The notes beneath the pieces were generated by a model. It saw nothing but the letters and a program-made list of their open reading frames with translations, ran no database searches and had not been told where the DNA came from. From Emiliania huxleyi CCMP1516 (taxonomy: Eukaryota): a stretch of DNA of 56,315 bases. Positions 11,035-21,637 of the stretch are shown here, one piece after another. Position 1 is the first letter of the stretch, and every line of letters starts with the position of its first letter. Both the position numbers and the translations under genes were made by a program. The stretch covers positions 402,414-458,728 of the forward strand of contig NW_005201984.1 in assembly GCF_000372725.1 (NCBI RefSeq). Direction: 5' to 3'.

Positions 11035-11444
11035 GCTCCCAGTGATCCAAGTGTCGCTTGCCACGGTTTCTCTCCAGCCAGAACAAGAAGAAAGCTGGCT
11101 TCGCCAGTAGAGCTCTATTGCAATATCGCGGAGAGTGTGCATGCGCTGGTTCACAGTGCGCCTAGATGCCTGGACTGTTGCCCCTGGCTGTTTTTTTGTG
11201 AGTTGTGTGTGACACGCTGGCGCGATAACTGGAGAATTTTACAGCAATCCTAGAAATTAAAATCGACCACACCCTCCCGGCGGCAACCGACCCGCCGAAC
11301 AAAACTCTCTGCCGGGGCGCAGGGCGTGTGTCTATGTCATAGGTTCCCTCAGACTTTAGAGTCATACGAGCCTCTGCGACCAGAACTCAATCACACATTG
11401 CCGCCCTCTGAGTTGACAACAGTCAACACGCTACACGGCCCCAT

Positions 11445-12870
11445 CTAGGCGTGCATGCACCAGCTCGCTCTCCGGCTGCACCAAACCGCGATAAGGGCCA
11501 CAGGTCCGCATGTCCAGAAGAGGAACTCCGTTCCTGCCCCCCCCCCCCCCGCCCGCCCAGCCGCATCGGCACTCCTCTTACATGCTGCCTGGTGGCGCAG
11601 GGAGTGCGAGAAGCCGCCGGACAGAAAGTCGGCGGGAGGCGCTTCTAGCGCCTCAACCCACGGGTCTCCAGTGTTCCTTACCCAGAGCTGCGAGGGGGAG
11701 TACCTTGGTTTCGGCTGGTGGAAGAGGCTGACGACTGCCGCAACGATCCCAGCTATTGCGAGGCCAACGGCGAGGACGAGCATATAAGCTTGGGAAAGGC
11801 GAGAGTCAAGGAGCCGCCCGAAGTTGACATCCAGTACCCGAAGGCGTGAAGAACGAGGTAGATCTCGGCGGCGTCTGCGGTGATCTGGATGATCGCCATC
11901 GGGCCACCTCGTAATCCCGGTCATTCTCTCCCAGGAAAGCGAACGCGTAAAACCCCATCATGAAGATGCCGCCGACCGCTCGGGTGTGAGGTCGGTTGGA
12001 AGCAAACAAGCTGGAGAGCTCGTCAACGGACCTCGCGGCTCCGGCCAATAAGACTCCCTTCTCGAAATCGAGCAGGTTGTCCACAGCAGGTTGCGCATCA
12101 GGTCGTCGCTTACGTCCTCCGCCGCCTCTAGGTACGCCACCCACTCGTTCCTCGCGAATTCGCGCACCTCTGTCGACCAGTTGGCGTACTGCTCACGTGC
12201 AGCCGCCTGTTCTCCATCGGCGATGATGCCGTGGAGGATGTCGCTCAGAACGTTTTGCATGTACGGGCGGATGAAGCTGACGGCAAGCGTCGTGTTCATC
12301 GCGGATGGATTGTACCGCGCGTGTGCCAGCTCGCTATCCGCGTTGCCCAGCTGGTAGTGAAGCGCGGTCGCAAAGTCCGAGACGTGGACCTCGCAGGAAT
12401 CTGGGAACTCGTCGCAAAATGGCGGTGGCGCTGGGGGTGGTGGCGGCTGCGGCGGCTGCCGCGGGCTCGGCTGGGGAACGACGCAGCACTCGTCCATCCC
12501 TATCGCGCCGTGACCATGGTGCTCGAAAGGGAGAGGGGCCAGCGCAACAAAGCGCTCTCCAAAGTCGTTCGTCCACAGGCAGATATCCTTCTCCACCTCA
12601 GCCGCGGTGAAGAAGTAGTTGTCTGGTGCCGCGCGGACCATCGCGCTGCAAAGCACTGCTCCGAGATTTCGAGACATCTGCGACCAGAGATGTGCCATCG
12701 GGCGCACTCGGTGCATGTGGCCAGGCACTCAGACGGGTCGGCACCGATTGGCGGCGCGCTCGGAGGGCTCGGAGGGAGTGGCGGGAGCGGTGGCATCCAG
12801 AAGTGCGCGTCCCCCTGATGGTGCTCACCGAGAGTCGCGTTCCGAATCTGGACCTTGACCGCGTCACTCC
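11445..12870 (-). CDS. Hypothetical Pro-rich, Cys-containing membrane protein (spliced or degraded; exon structure unresolved)
   Basis: Overlapping minus-strand frames with PPPP linkers, Cys clusters and hydrophobic segments (MLVLAVGLAIAGIVAAVVSLF). Confidence 0.3.
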
Positions 12871-14044
12871 GCGCGTCTTCGCGCGGGCGGAGCGCATGCG
12901 CACCCAGGCCGCTCGCGCGCCGTCGCGCAGAGTCGCGCGTTGCTGACGCAAGAGGCCGTGGGCGAGCTGCTCCCACTTGATCGCAAGAGCAGCCGCAGGT
13001 GCCGCAGCCTTGTGCTGCAGGAAGTTCTCGAGCCGGCGCGCGCGGCTGGCCTTCGAGCCGGCGCGCGCGGCTGGCCTTGCCGCCGCGCGCACGCCGCTTT
13101 GGCGCCGCGGGAGCGATCTTGTTGCTCACCGTCAGCACGCCGCACGCCTCCTCAGAGGCCTTGCCCACCTCTCCAGATGTTCCGAGGACGCCACCCGGCA
13201 TGGCCGGTCCTGTCGTGGCGTGGAGCCTTGATGACGCTGCGACCGCGTGCAAGCACGAGCCCAGGATCGTGCGTGAGCACGCTCGCAAGGCGGACGGTAT
13301 GGCAAGGCCAGCTCCGTGGCCGTGGGCTCAGCGAAGAGTACAGCCACCCATTCAAGTCCAAAAAAGAACTCGGTGGGCAAAGCGAAAATCGTTCATGTTG
13401 GCCGCGTGGTGAAAATGGAGAGAGCGAAATGGTCCGCGCGACGCACGTTCGAGTCGGCTGGGCAGCTTGGGTCGACTGGAGTCAGCGGGTCGAAGGATTT
13501 GCAGCCCGACTCGTAGGTGCAGTAATAGTCGTCGAACATGTCGTCCGAGCGAAAGCTTTCCCCCATCGGCCGGTCGTCGTTGTCACGGTGACCGACTGCA
13601 GCGACGCTACTGGGATCCAGGTGGGAAAGTAGTCGTTCGAGAGTCTGCCTGAGAGCGCGAGCGGAGGTGAGGCTGAGGTCGCGACTGTAAGGGCGCGCAA
13701 TGCAGCCCCCGGTAGAAACGGGTGGCCCACAACGCGTCCGGCATGACGAGCTGTCGACGGAGACTGGGGTCTCAACGCGGAGTCCTGAGTGAGGACCTTC
13801 ATTGGTGCCGGGAGCGAGTGGGGTTTCAGCCGACGACGCCGCGACGCTGTGAGAGAGAATCAGATACGAAAGGGAAAGTGTGCATGACAGCCGACAGCGC
13901 GGTACGCGCCGGGTAGGAATCGACGGCGAGCGCGAGCCACACGTTCCATGCCTTGACACACACTTGTTCCCTAGAGAAAAAAGGAAAGGAAAAGAGACGG
14001 GGTGCGAGAGGAAAAGTATATACAGCCTAAGAGGCGGACGCCCA

Positions 14045-14152
14045 AGGGTGGTCGACGGCTAGCGCACCACACCCCTCTCCTTAAAATCCCTGTGTGGTGG
14101 CGGCGTGCCGTCCTCCCATCCCTCCCTTGGGTTGTCCCTTTTCTTTCTTTTT
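14045..14152 (+). repeat. ~110-bp LINE-like 3' end with (TTTC)n tail, copy 1
   Basis: Near-identical to 16585-16697 and 16710-16820. Confidence 0.75.
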
Positions 14153-14460
14153 AGGCTCGACACAGGCGCGGACTGGCAGTGGCACGTGCTGGACAGATCC
14201 CCCTTTTTCTTTTTTCGGCCACGACGACGCGCACCGGATTTTCAAAAAAGAACAGGACACAGTCTTAATGCTGTCTTTGCATCATCCTGCCTTAGGGCTT
14301 TTTGGCCCAGAGTGCGCGTGGGGGGGCGAGAGCGGTGACACCGGCCCGGTGACCGCGGTGACCGGTGTGTGCTGTGTCTGTGAGCGCATGCCTGCGAGCG
14401 TGAGATACATTACAATCGCGGTTGTATGTTCTTCACCCCTCTGCCAACCCTCCGGCGGCT

Positions 14461-16306
14461 CTACCATCTCACTATCCGGTAGTCCTTCCACAGCTTGCCG
14501 CGCTGGCGCCACCCCGTGGGGTCGTTGATGTGCGAGAAGACGGGGTCGAGCACGCGCGCCGCGCCGTCCACCTCGTCGAGCGGCGGCGCCACCTGCGTCT
14601 CGTGGATGGAAGCGAGCACGCCGACACCGCCCGGCGCCATGTCCGTCACCCAGCCGGTGTCGACCGAGTTGATGAGCACGCGCGCCTGCGCCAAGTCGAT
14701 GGCGGCCGTGCAGGTCAGCATGTTGAGCGCCGCCTTGGCCATGTTGGTGTGCGGGTGCGACGACTGCTTCTTTGTCACTGAGAATTTGCCCTCGAGCGCG
14801 TTCACGTTGACGATGTGCCCCCACCCCGAGGCGGCGTCGGGCGGAGCGAGCAGCCCGCGCAGCCGCGAGCAGAGGATGAAGGGCGCGACGGCATTTGCGG
14901 CGACCGTGTGCAGCATCTCCGACGTCCCGATCTGGCCGAGCTTGCGCGACCACGAGTTGATGGGGGAGAGGTCGAGCGGCTGCATCGACTCGTCCAGCCG
15001 GTCGGGCGGGAAGTGCTGCCCCAAGCCGCCGCCACTCGCGTGCACGCTCCCGACAGACGCCAGCCGGCTCGACGCGAGCTGTCTGGCGCGCCCGCCGTCC
15101 CTGCCCGCGCTCACCAACCCGCACCCCTCGCCGAGTGGACCCTCCTGGACGGGGGCATTGCCTCCCTCGGCGGCGGCATCGCGGCCCTCCCCGCGCGCCT
15201 CTGCCGAAGAAGCCGCCGTCAGCAGCTTGCCCGGCGCGGAGGAGGCGGACTCTAGCAGCAGCTGGCGCGAGGCGGGCGGCAAGTCCCGCGCCGCGCCTTC
15301 CTCGAGACGGTCCATCGCCTCGAACCACTCGGGCGCGCGCGTGAGCGTCTGCGCCGCGTTGTTGATCAACACGTCGATCCGCTCGAAGCGGGCGTGCAGC
15401 GCGTCGCAGAAGCGCTCCGTCACGCCGAGGTCGCACAAGTCGAGCGGCCCGACCACCTCGAGCCGCCCCCTCCACTCCTCAAAGTCGGGCTCGCGACCGT
15501 ACCGCGCCGCCGCGTCCGCCGGGTATCGCGTGGTCGTGAGCACGTGGCAGCCGCACCGCAGGAGCTTGAGGACGATGTGGAAGCCTACGTCGGAACGCCA
15601 CTGGGCTGAGGGGACTGGGCCCCGCCCGCCAGGGAGCGGCGCCGCACTGCGCACCGATCCGCACGCGGCCTCCGGTCACCACCGCCACCTTCCCGCTCAT
15701 CGGCGCAAGCGCGTTCCGCTTTGCAAAGTTGAGGTCCCCGCACCCGACGCAGAGCTGGTGGTAAAAGTGGTGGCCTCCGGCGAGCGCGCTCCCGCAGATG
15801 TTGCAGCTCTGCTGGAAGGAGCCGGGAGGGAGCGAGGCGGCGCGGCGCACAGCGTCGATGTCGACTTGCGGCGCGGGAGCAGCCGCAGCCGCAGGCAACG
15901 GCGCACGGGCGGCCACGGGCGCGTCGGAGGGTGCGGTTGCGGGTGGCGCCGCTGGCAGCGCGGCGGGAGTGCTCCCTGGCGTATCGAGCAGCGCTGTCGC
16001 CGGCTCACCTGCCTGAATGGCCATCCACGACTGGGATCGCTGCGTGTTGATGCCGGCAAATTTGGCCTTTCGCACGTGCCCCTCGTGGACGTCGTTGATC
16101 TTCTTGCTAAGCTTCTCGAGCTTCCGCAGCAGCTCCTTGTACTCGGACTGGCTCTTGAGGTGCTCGAGCACGTCGTCGGTCCCAAACGCCTCGCGCAGCA
16201 CATGCGACCGGAACAGAACGGAACCCACCGCCAGCAGCTCCGCGTGCGGGGCCTCAGCCAGACTCTCTGAAGTCAGCGTGCGCAGGTAGGCGAGGCACTG
16301 TTCCAT
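14461..16306 (-). CDS. Short-chain dehydrogenase/reductase with N-terminal Cys-rich (CxxC...CxxC) extension, 2 exons
   Basis: VAVVTGGRVRIG, LINNAAQT, HIVNV, HTNMAKAALNML, NSVDTGW; GT-AG intron 15585-15654. Confidence 0.88.
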
Positions 16307-16379
16307 GCAGTCCACGGGCCGATCGTGCGCCAGAAAAAGAAATTTGCTGCGGTTATTTTTCGTAACTGGAAGACTCCCT

Positions 16380-16820
16380 GGAGTTGCGCAAGGCGAAAGA
16401 AGCCGCGAGAACAAGGGACCGGCAGGCGGCGGCGTCGCAGGACGAGGCAGAAGAGAACGACGCGACAGAGGAGGAAGTGACAAGGGAGAGACCGACGAGA
16501 GTGGGACGGCCGCGAGGTGGCATGAAGGTTGCAGCGAGAAGCGGCGAGAGACTGCGAAAAGAGATACGAAGAGGCAGACTCCCCAGGGTGGGCGACGGCT
16601 AGCGCACCACACTCCTCTCCTTAAAATCCCTGTGTGGTGGCGGCGTGCCGTTCTCCCATCCCTCCCTTGGGTTGTGTGTTTTCTTTCTTTCTTTTTTGGA
16701 AGACTCCCTAGGGTGGGCGACGGCTAGCGCACCACACACCTCTCCTTAAAATCCCTGTGTGGTGGCGGCGTGCCGTCCTCCCATCCCTCCCTTGGGTTGT
16801 CTGTTTTCTTTCTTTCTTTC
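16380..16820 (+). mobile_element. 5'-truncated LINE-like 3' end plus tandem second copy of its terminal ~110 bp
   Basis: TGGAAGACTCCCT at 16367-16379 and 16697-16709 brackets the first copy; ORF remnant ends ...PRVGDG*; (TTTC)n tails. Confidence 0.65.
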
Positions 16821-16827
16821 TGGAAGA

Positions 16828-17032
16828 AGAGGGGTTGTGTTCTCTAGGCCCCTAAGGGCCCTACGCGCGGCGTGAGAGCTCGGAAGCGAGCTTTGCACGG
16901 CGATCGAGGATGGCGCGGTTCACCCCCTTCACCGAAGCGATGGAGATGCGTTCCGCGTGGTGTGACACAAACGAGAGGCGGGAGTGGGGAGGGTACGCGG
17001 TGCGGTCAACGCCCGAGCGTTGAGCCTTGCTG
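16828..17032 (-). mobile_element. Second short RLE-type non-LTR retrotransposon 3' fragment
   Basis: Translation VDRTAYPPHSRLSFVSHHAERISIASVKGVNRAI aligns with the end of ORF 269-769 (VDRTAYSPKYSLSFMSHHAERISLSVVRGVNRAI). Confidence 0.75.
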
Positions 17033-17482
17033 CACAAAATGGGCAGCCACAGCACTAGTAACGGTGAGGAGGATCCAAGGGCCGGTAACCCGGAAGGAGT
17101 GGCACGTATCTTCAGCCCCCCATGCCGCAGGGACCCCCCAGTGTTCGCGCTCTGAACCTCGATCCAGGGCCCGACCCCGGGGTTGCATTTTTCTCAATCC
17201 ACGTGCCTCTACACATCCGTTCACGTGCACGAGCTTCTTGAGCCACCCACCCACTCACCCACCTCACGGCCCGGCTGAGGCTTGGAACCACCCACCCACC
17301 CCACCCACCTCACGGCCCGGCTGATGATGCGAGGAAACCCACCCACACCGACCGACCCACCCACACCACCCAACCAACCCTCGAGAACCAACCAACCCTT
17401 CGGCCACGGGAGACACAAGCAAGGTAACAAAGCACCCAGCCTCGCGCGCCTTATACAGCACAGCCTGACCCACAGCCGAGGT

Positions 17483-17511
17483 TTAGGGTTAGGGTTAGGG
17501 TTAGGGTTAGG
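17483..17511 (+). repeat. Interstitial telomeric repeat (TTAGGG) x ~5
   Basis: Direct reading; a shorter GGGTTAGGGTTAG occurs at 17623-17635. Confidence 0.9.
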
Positions 17512-18879
17512 ATCAGAGAGTTCAAGCCGTTGTGCAGCTCCTAAGAACGGGCCGCTTCGGGTCGGAATAGAGGAACCAGCGGTCCGTTGACGCGAGCTCT
17601 TGGTGAATGCTCCGAGTTCTTTGGGTTAGGGTTAGCGCCAGAAAAAGAAATTCGCTCTCTAGATAGGAAGTCGTAACGGATTTTGGCCCATGCGCATGCT
17701 CTTCCTCGTGCTCGCCGCGCGCTCGGGAGCCGGAGTTGTACGGCGCGCCCGACGAGGGCGCCCCTGAGCGAGACAGTTGTGGCTGCAGAGCCAGCCGCCC
17801 CTGACTCCGCATGCCCTGGGCGACGGCATCCGGACGGGCGTTGTGACCGGCGGCCGTGCTCTCGACACACGGAAGCCCCCGGCGTTGGTCGGGGTGCACA
17901 AGCACGAGCCACGCCGCGGCTCAGCGAGCCCTCCGCAGCGGACTGCGGGGAGTGAGGTGGACGCGGAAGGACTCTACGTTGACATCCATGGCGCAGCCTA
18001 CACGCCCAAGGGACGGGCGAGCCGCGCCGAGCTCGAGCGGTCGCACCGCGCCGAGCTCGCACGAAGGCACGATTGCAAGACCAAATCGAACTCCTCCGCG
18101 AGGGGATCGAGGTATTCAAGCGGAGGGAGCGATCGCGAGCCCAGAGCCCGCAACCCGTGGAGCCCAGCACGAGCACAAGCACAGCAAATCTCAACAACCA
18201 CCTCGGCGGCGGCGGCGCGCGGACTGCCCGCGCGCCGCCCCGGTGACGATGGGGGCCCCGCCGCAAACCCCGTGCACCACCTTCCCAGCGGGCGAGTCAA
18301 CCAGCCCCGCGCGGCCGAGCAGCGAGCGCCTCCAAGCGCGGCCGCGTGCATCGCCGGTAGGGAGACCGAGGGGCCGCTCTACGGCGCGGCGGCCCCCGGT
18401 GGCGGCGGTCGGGCCGGGCTCGAAGCCATATTCCGCCCGACCCCGCCGCGCGCCTCCCGCAACCCTGGCCCTCACCCGGCCACCCATCGGGAAACCCCCC
18501 CGTGACCAGGTCAAGGAGATAATAACGGCCGCCTCTCGTCGTCGAGCTCGGCGGAGACGATGGTCGCCTCGCGTTTGAACCCCTCGAGCTGCTCGAGCGG
18601 CGTCGCACTCGTCGAGCGTAACAGCAGTCCGCCCTCGGATGACTTGTTGAGCGCGCCGTAAGCCGCCCGTAAGGCACGCGGCAGCCGTCGGGGAGCGCGA
18701 TCTAGGTCAGCTGGTGCCGTCGCGTGGGCACGGTGCGAGGAACGACATGCTGTGGCAACGACGAGAGCTGTGCCTCGAAGACGCGCGCCGAAGGAAGGAG
18801 AGAGAGAGAAACGACAAAAACGCCCGGCGCCAACTCACCGCCACGAAGGCCACCCACCCACCCCTCGTAGAAGCCTCTC

Positions 18880-19884
18880 ATGGTGGCGGCAGTCACAGCT
18901 TGGTGGCGTTCCGGTGGCTCATCCCAGCCTTCCAGCAGTCACAGCGTCACGACGCCGCGCGCTCCGCCGCTGCCGATGGGATTGCTCGTTCCCGGCCACT
19001 GGTACTGCCCCACGGCCGCCGACTATGCCTCACAAATACAAGCAAAGGTTGGATCGACGTCGCTCAAGGCCTGGGATGCGCTCCACCAGGACGGCAACGG
19101 CAACTTCTCGCAGGCCTTTCCCTACCTGGGCAGCAAGGTCACCCTGACTGGCCCTCCCGGCGCCGACGGCACGCGGCCTTTGCGCGTCGTTGAGACCCGG
19201 CGGTGCGAGAGCAGCGCCGAGCTCCGCCGCCGCTGGAGATTTGCTCTGATCCGCCACCCTCTGCGGCGGCTCGCGTCGGCCTACCACGACAAGGTCGTCA
19301 TCGAGCGCTGCATCTACGAGCCGTTCAAGTGGGTGTGCGGGCTGCCGCCCGAGCGGCGGTGGCGAGCCTTCGTGGGCGAGGTGGTCGCGGGCCGCTTCCG
19401 CGACGTGCACGTGATCAGCCAGGCGGACGGCCTGCTCGGCAGCCACGTGCACACGCGGGAGATGCCGCTCCACGCGCTCATCCGCATCGAGCAGCTCGAC
19501 GCGTGGTGGCCGTATGTGCTCAAGTGCAGCCGCTACCGGGGCAGCGCCTCGGAGGGCGCGCTGCTGCACGCAAACAGCAAGCCGGCAAACTACTCGGAGT
19601 ACTTTCAGGACAAGGAGCTCCTCGCGCAGCTCATGCAGCACTCCCTGCGCGAGGAGCGGTGGTTTGGCTACTCGGCCGTGGAGGTGGCGAGCAGTCCGGC
19701 CGTGGCGCAGGCGGCGGCAGAGCTGCAGCGCCACCGCTGGTCCACCGGCGACTGGAGCCGCCACACGCCCCCGTCGCCCCTGCCGCCCGTGCACGACGAC
19801 CCTCCCGCGGACAAGGGCCGGTGCGTTGGCAGCCGGCCGCTGCACCCGGGGAGCGTCCCGTCGAGCGGTGGCGCGAGAGTCTGA
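18880..19884 (+). CDS. Carbohydrate sulfotransferase-like protein (Sulfotransfer_2 family); 5' end uncertain
   Basis: KVGSTSLK (5'-PAPS site), FALIRHPLRRLASAYHDK (3'-PAPS site), DVHVISQ, LIRIEQL. Confidence 0.75.
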   Translation: MVAAVTAWWRSGGSSQPSSSHSVTTPRAPPLPMGLLVPGHWYCPTAADYASQIQAKVGSTSLKAWDALHQDGNGNFSQAFPYLGSKVTLTGPPGADGTRPLRVVETRRCESSAELRRRWRFALIRHPLRRLASAYHDKVVIERCIYEPFKWVCGLPPERRWRAFVGEVVAGRFRDVHVISQADGLLGSHVHTREMPLHALIRIEQLDAWWPYVLKCSRYRGSASEGALLHANSKPANYSEYFQDKELLAQLMQHSLREERWFGYSAVEVASSPAVAQAAAELQRHRWSTGDWSRHTPPSPLPPVHDDPPADKGRCVGSRPLHPGSVPSSGGARV

Positions 19885-20749
19885 GCAGTGCGGGTAACCG
19901 GCTGACGTGAGGACGCGCTCGGCCATTGCCGCCTTCTTATTATGTGTTCGTGCCAGCACGGGCCAGTCCTCTCTGCTGTGCTTGTGGGTCTCAGACCGAG
20001 TGTCTTTATTAAATCCTCGAGGGATAATTTACCTATTATCGAAAGAAAGAAAGAAAAAACCCAAGAGAGGGGTTGGAGGGCGGGAGAATCCAAAAAAGCC
20101 GTCCAAAAAGCCACAAAAACCCAGCGAGCCTCCCGTTACGCGATTGCCGCGAAGCGCAGCATGATGCGTGGCCAGCTTGGGAGGCTGCCGCCGCTGTCAG
20201 AGGCGGCCGCCACTGCGAGGTCTCGAGGGCCGACCGGCCGGGCGAGCATCCGCGCTGCCGACGACGTGCTCGAGGCTGACCTTCAGAGCGACGAGATTCT
20301 CGCATGCTTTGAGGAGGCGCTCGGCGAACGGCAGCCAGAGATGGGAACGGATGCTGCAGCAGGGCGAGAGGCGAACGCCGAGAGTGCGGAGGCCGCACCG
20401 CGACTCGAGGCTGCAGCAGAGCAGCAGCGAAACCGCTTCGCTCGCGCGGGAGACGGCGCGTTTAGCCGCGAACGGGGCCATGCCAGACGAGTCGCCTGCG
20501 GCCGGGACGCCAGCCGAGACGGGTGCGGCGGCGGCGCCCGCGGTACAAGCCGGCGCGGCGGGCGCTGGGAGCCTATGCACAGAGGGCTAACGGATATTTT
20601 TTCGCTTCGCTGCGCGGCCTGGGAATAGGTAGGTAGGTGGGGCACGGAGCCTGGCGGTCGGCGCCCGCAAAAACCGGGCCCAAACCGGCATCGCTTGCCG
20701 CTTTTCTTCTTTTCTCCCGCGCGAGAAAAAGGCGCCAGGCGCGAGGAGG

Positions 20750-21592
20750 ATGCGCCTCGCTGCCTCGCTTCTGCGCAAGAGCCTCGGAAGCCAGCAGCAG
20801 GCGGTGCCGCTGCCCGACGGCGCGGCCTGGAAGCCTCAGTGGGTTGCTGCGGACGATCAGCTCCTCGGCGAGGCTCTCCTCCTCATCTCTAGCAGCAGCC
20901 TCGCAACTGATGAGCTCTCGGCCGAAGAGTTTGAGGAGCTTGTGGATTACTTCAAGGCAAAGCAGGCGCACCGCTCGCAGGACGAGATCAAACGGCGGAT
21001 GACCGTGCTCGAGGCCGCCTTTGGCGGCGGCAGGCAGGACTTTGATGCGTTTCGGCAGGCGGCCACGCAGGCCGCCGCGGCAGAGCCGCCGAGAAAGCCG
21101 GCGGCGGTGGGGAAGAAGGCGGCGGCAAAGCGGGCTGCGTCGCCGGAGCCAATGATCTCGCCTGCCAGCACGGACGCCGCGCTGCCTCCGGCCAAGAAGG
21201 TGCGTGCGGCGGCCTCGGGAGGGCCCGCGAGTGCCAAGAAGGGAGGCAAGGCGGGAGGCGAGGCCAAGGGCAAGGCGGGGGGCAAGGCGGGGGCCAAGGC
21301 GGGGGCCAAGGCGGCGGAGGAGAGGGAGACGGCGACCAAGGCCGCCGCGCCGATCGCCGTGGAGCGCAGCACCGGCCGCGTCCGCACCGCCGTGCAGCGG
21401 CTCGGAGTCGGCGACGGCTTCCTTCTCGGCAGAGCGAGCGACTGGACGGGAGGCAGTCGCTCGCAGCCGGAGGCGACCCCGTCCGCGTCCGCAGCGCCGG
21501 CCAGTAATGCGTCGCGGAAGCAGGCCGCGGCACAGCGGGGGCGAGCGCAGCTGCCGCGCCGCCCGACGGTCGACGAGGTGGCGGCATGCGGC

Positions 21593-21637
<45 letters not shown>

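Noticed and set aside
14495..16270. 591-aa plus-strand ORF and similar long antisense ORFs (20947..22482, 21815..23359, 26542..27636, 52678..54150)
   Set aside because: Shadow frames of recognised genes, with no independent motifs
17321..17338. CTGATGA...GAAAC hammerhead-like core
   Set aside because: No credible stem II and no flanking stems I/III with a cleavage triplet were found; lies in a CACC low-complexity tract
17777..18578. Overlapping plus-strand ORFs of about 240 aa
   Set aside because: Low-complexity R/A/P composition with no motif; cannot distinguish from GC-rich noise
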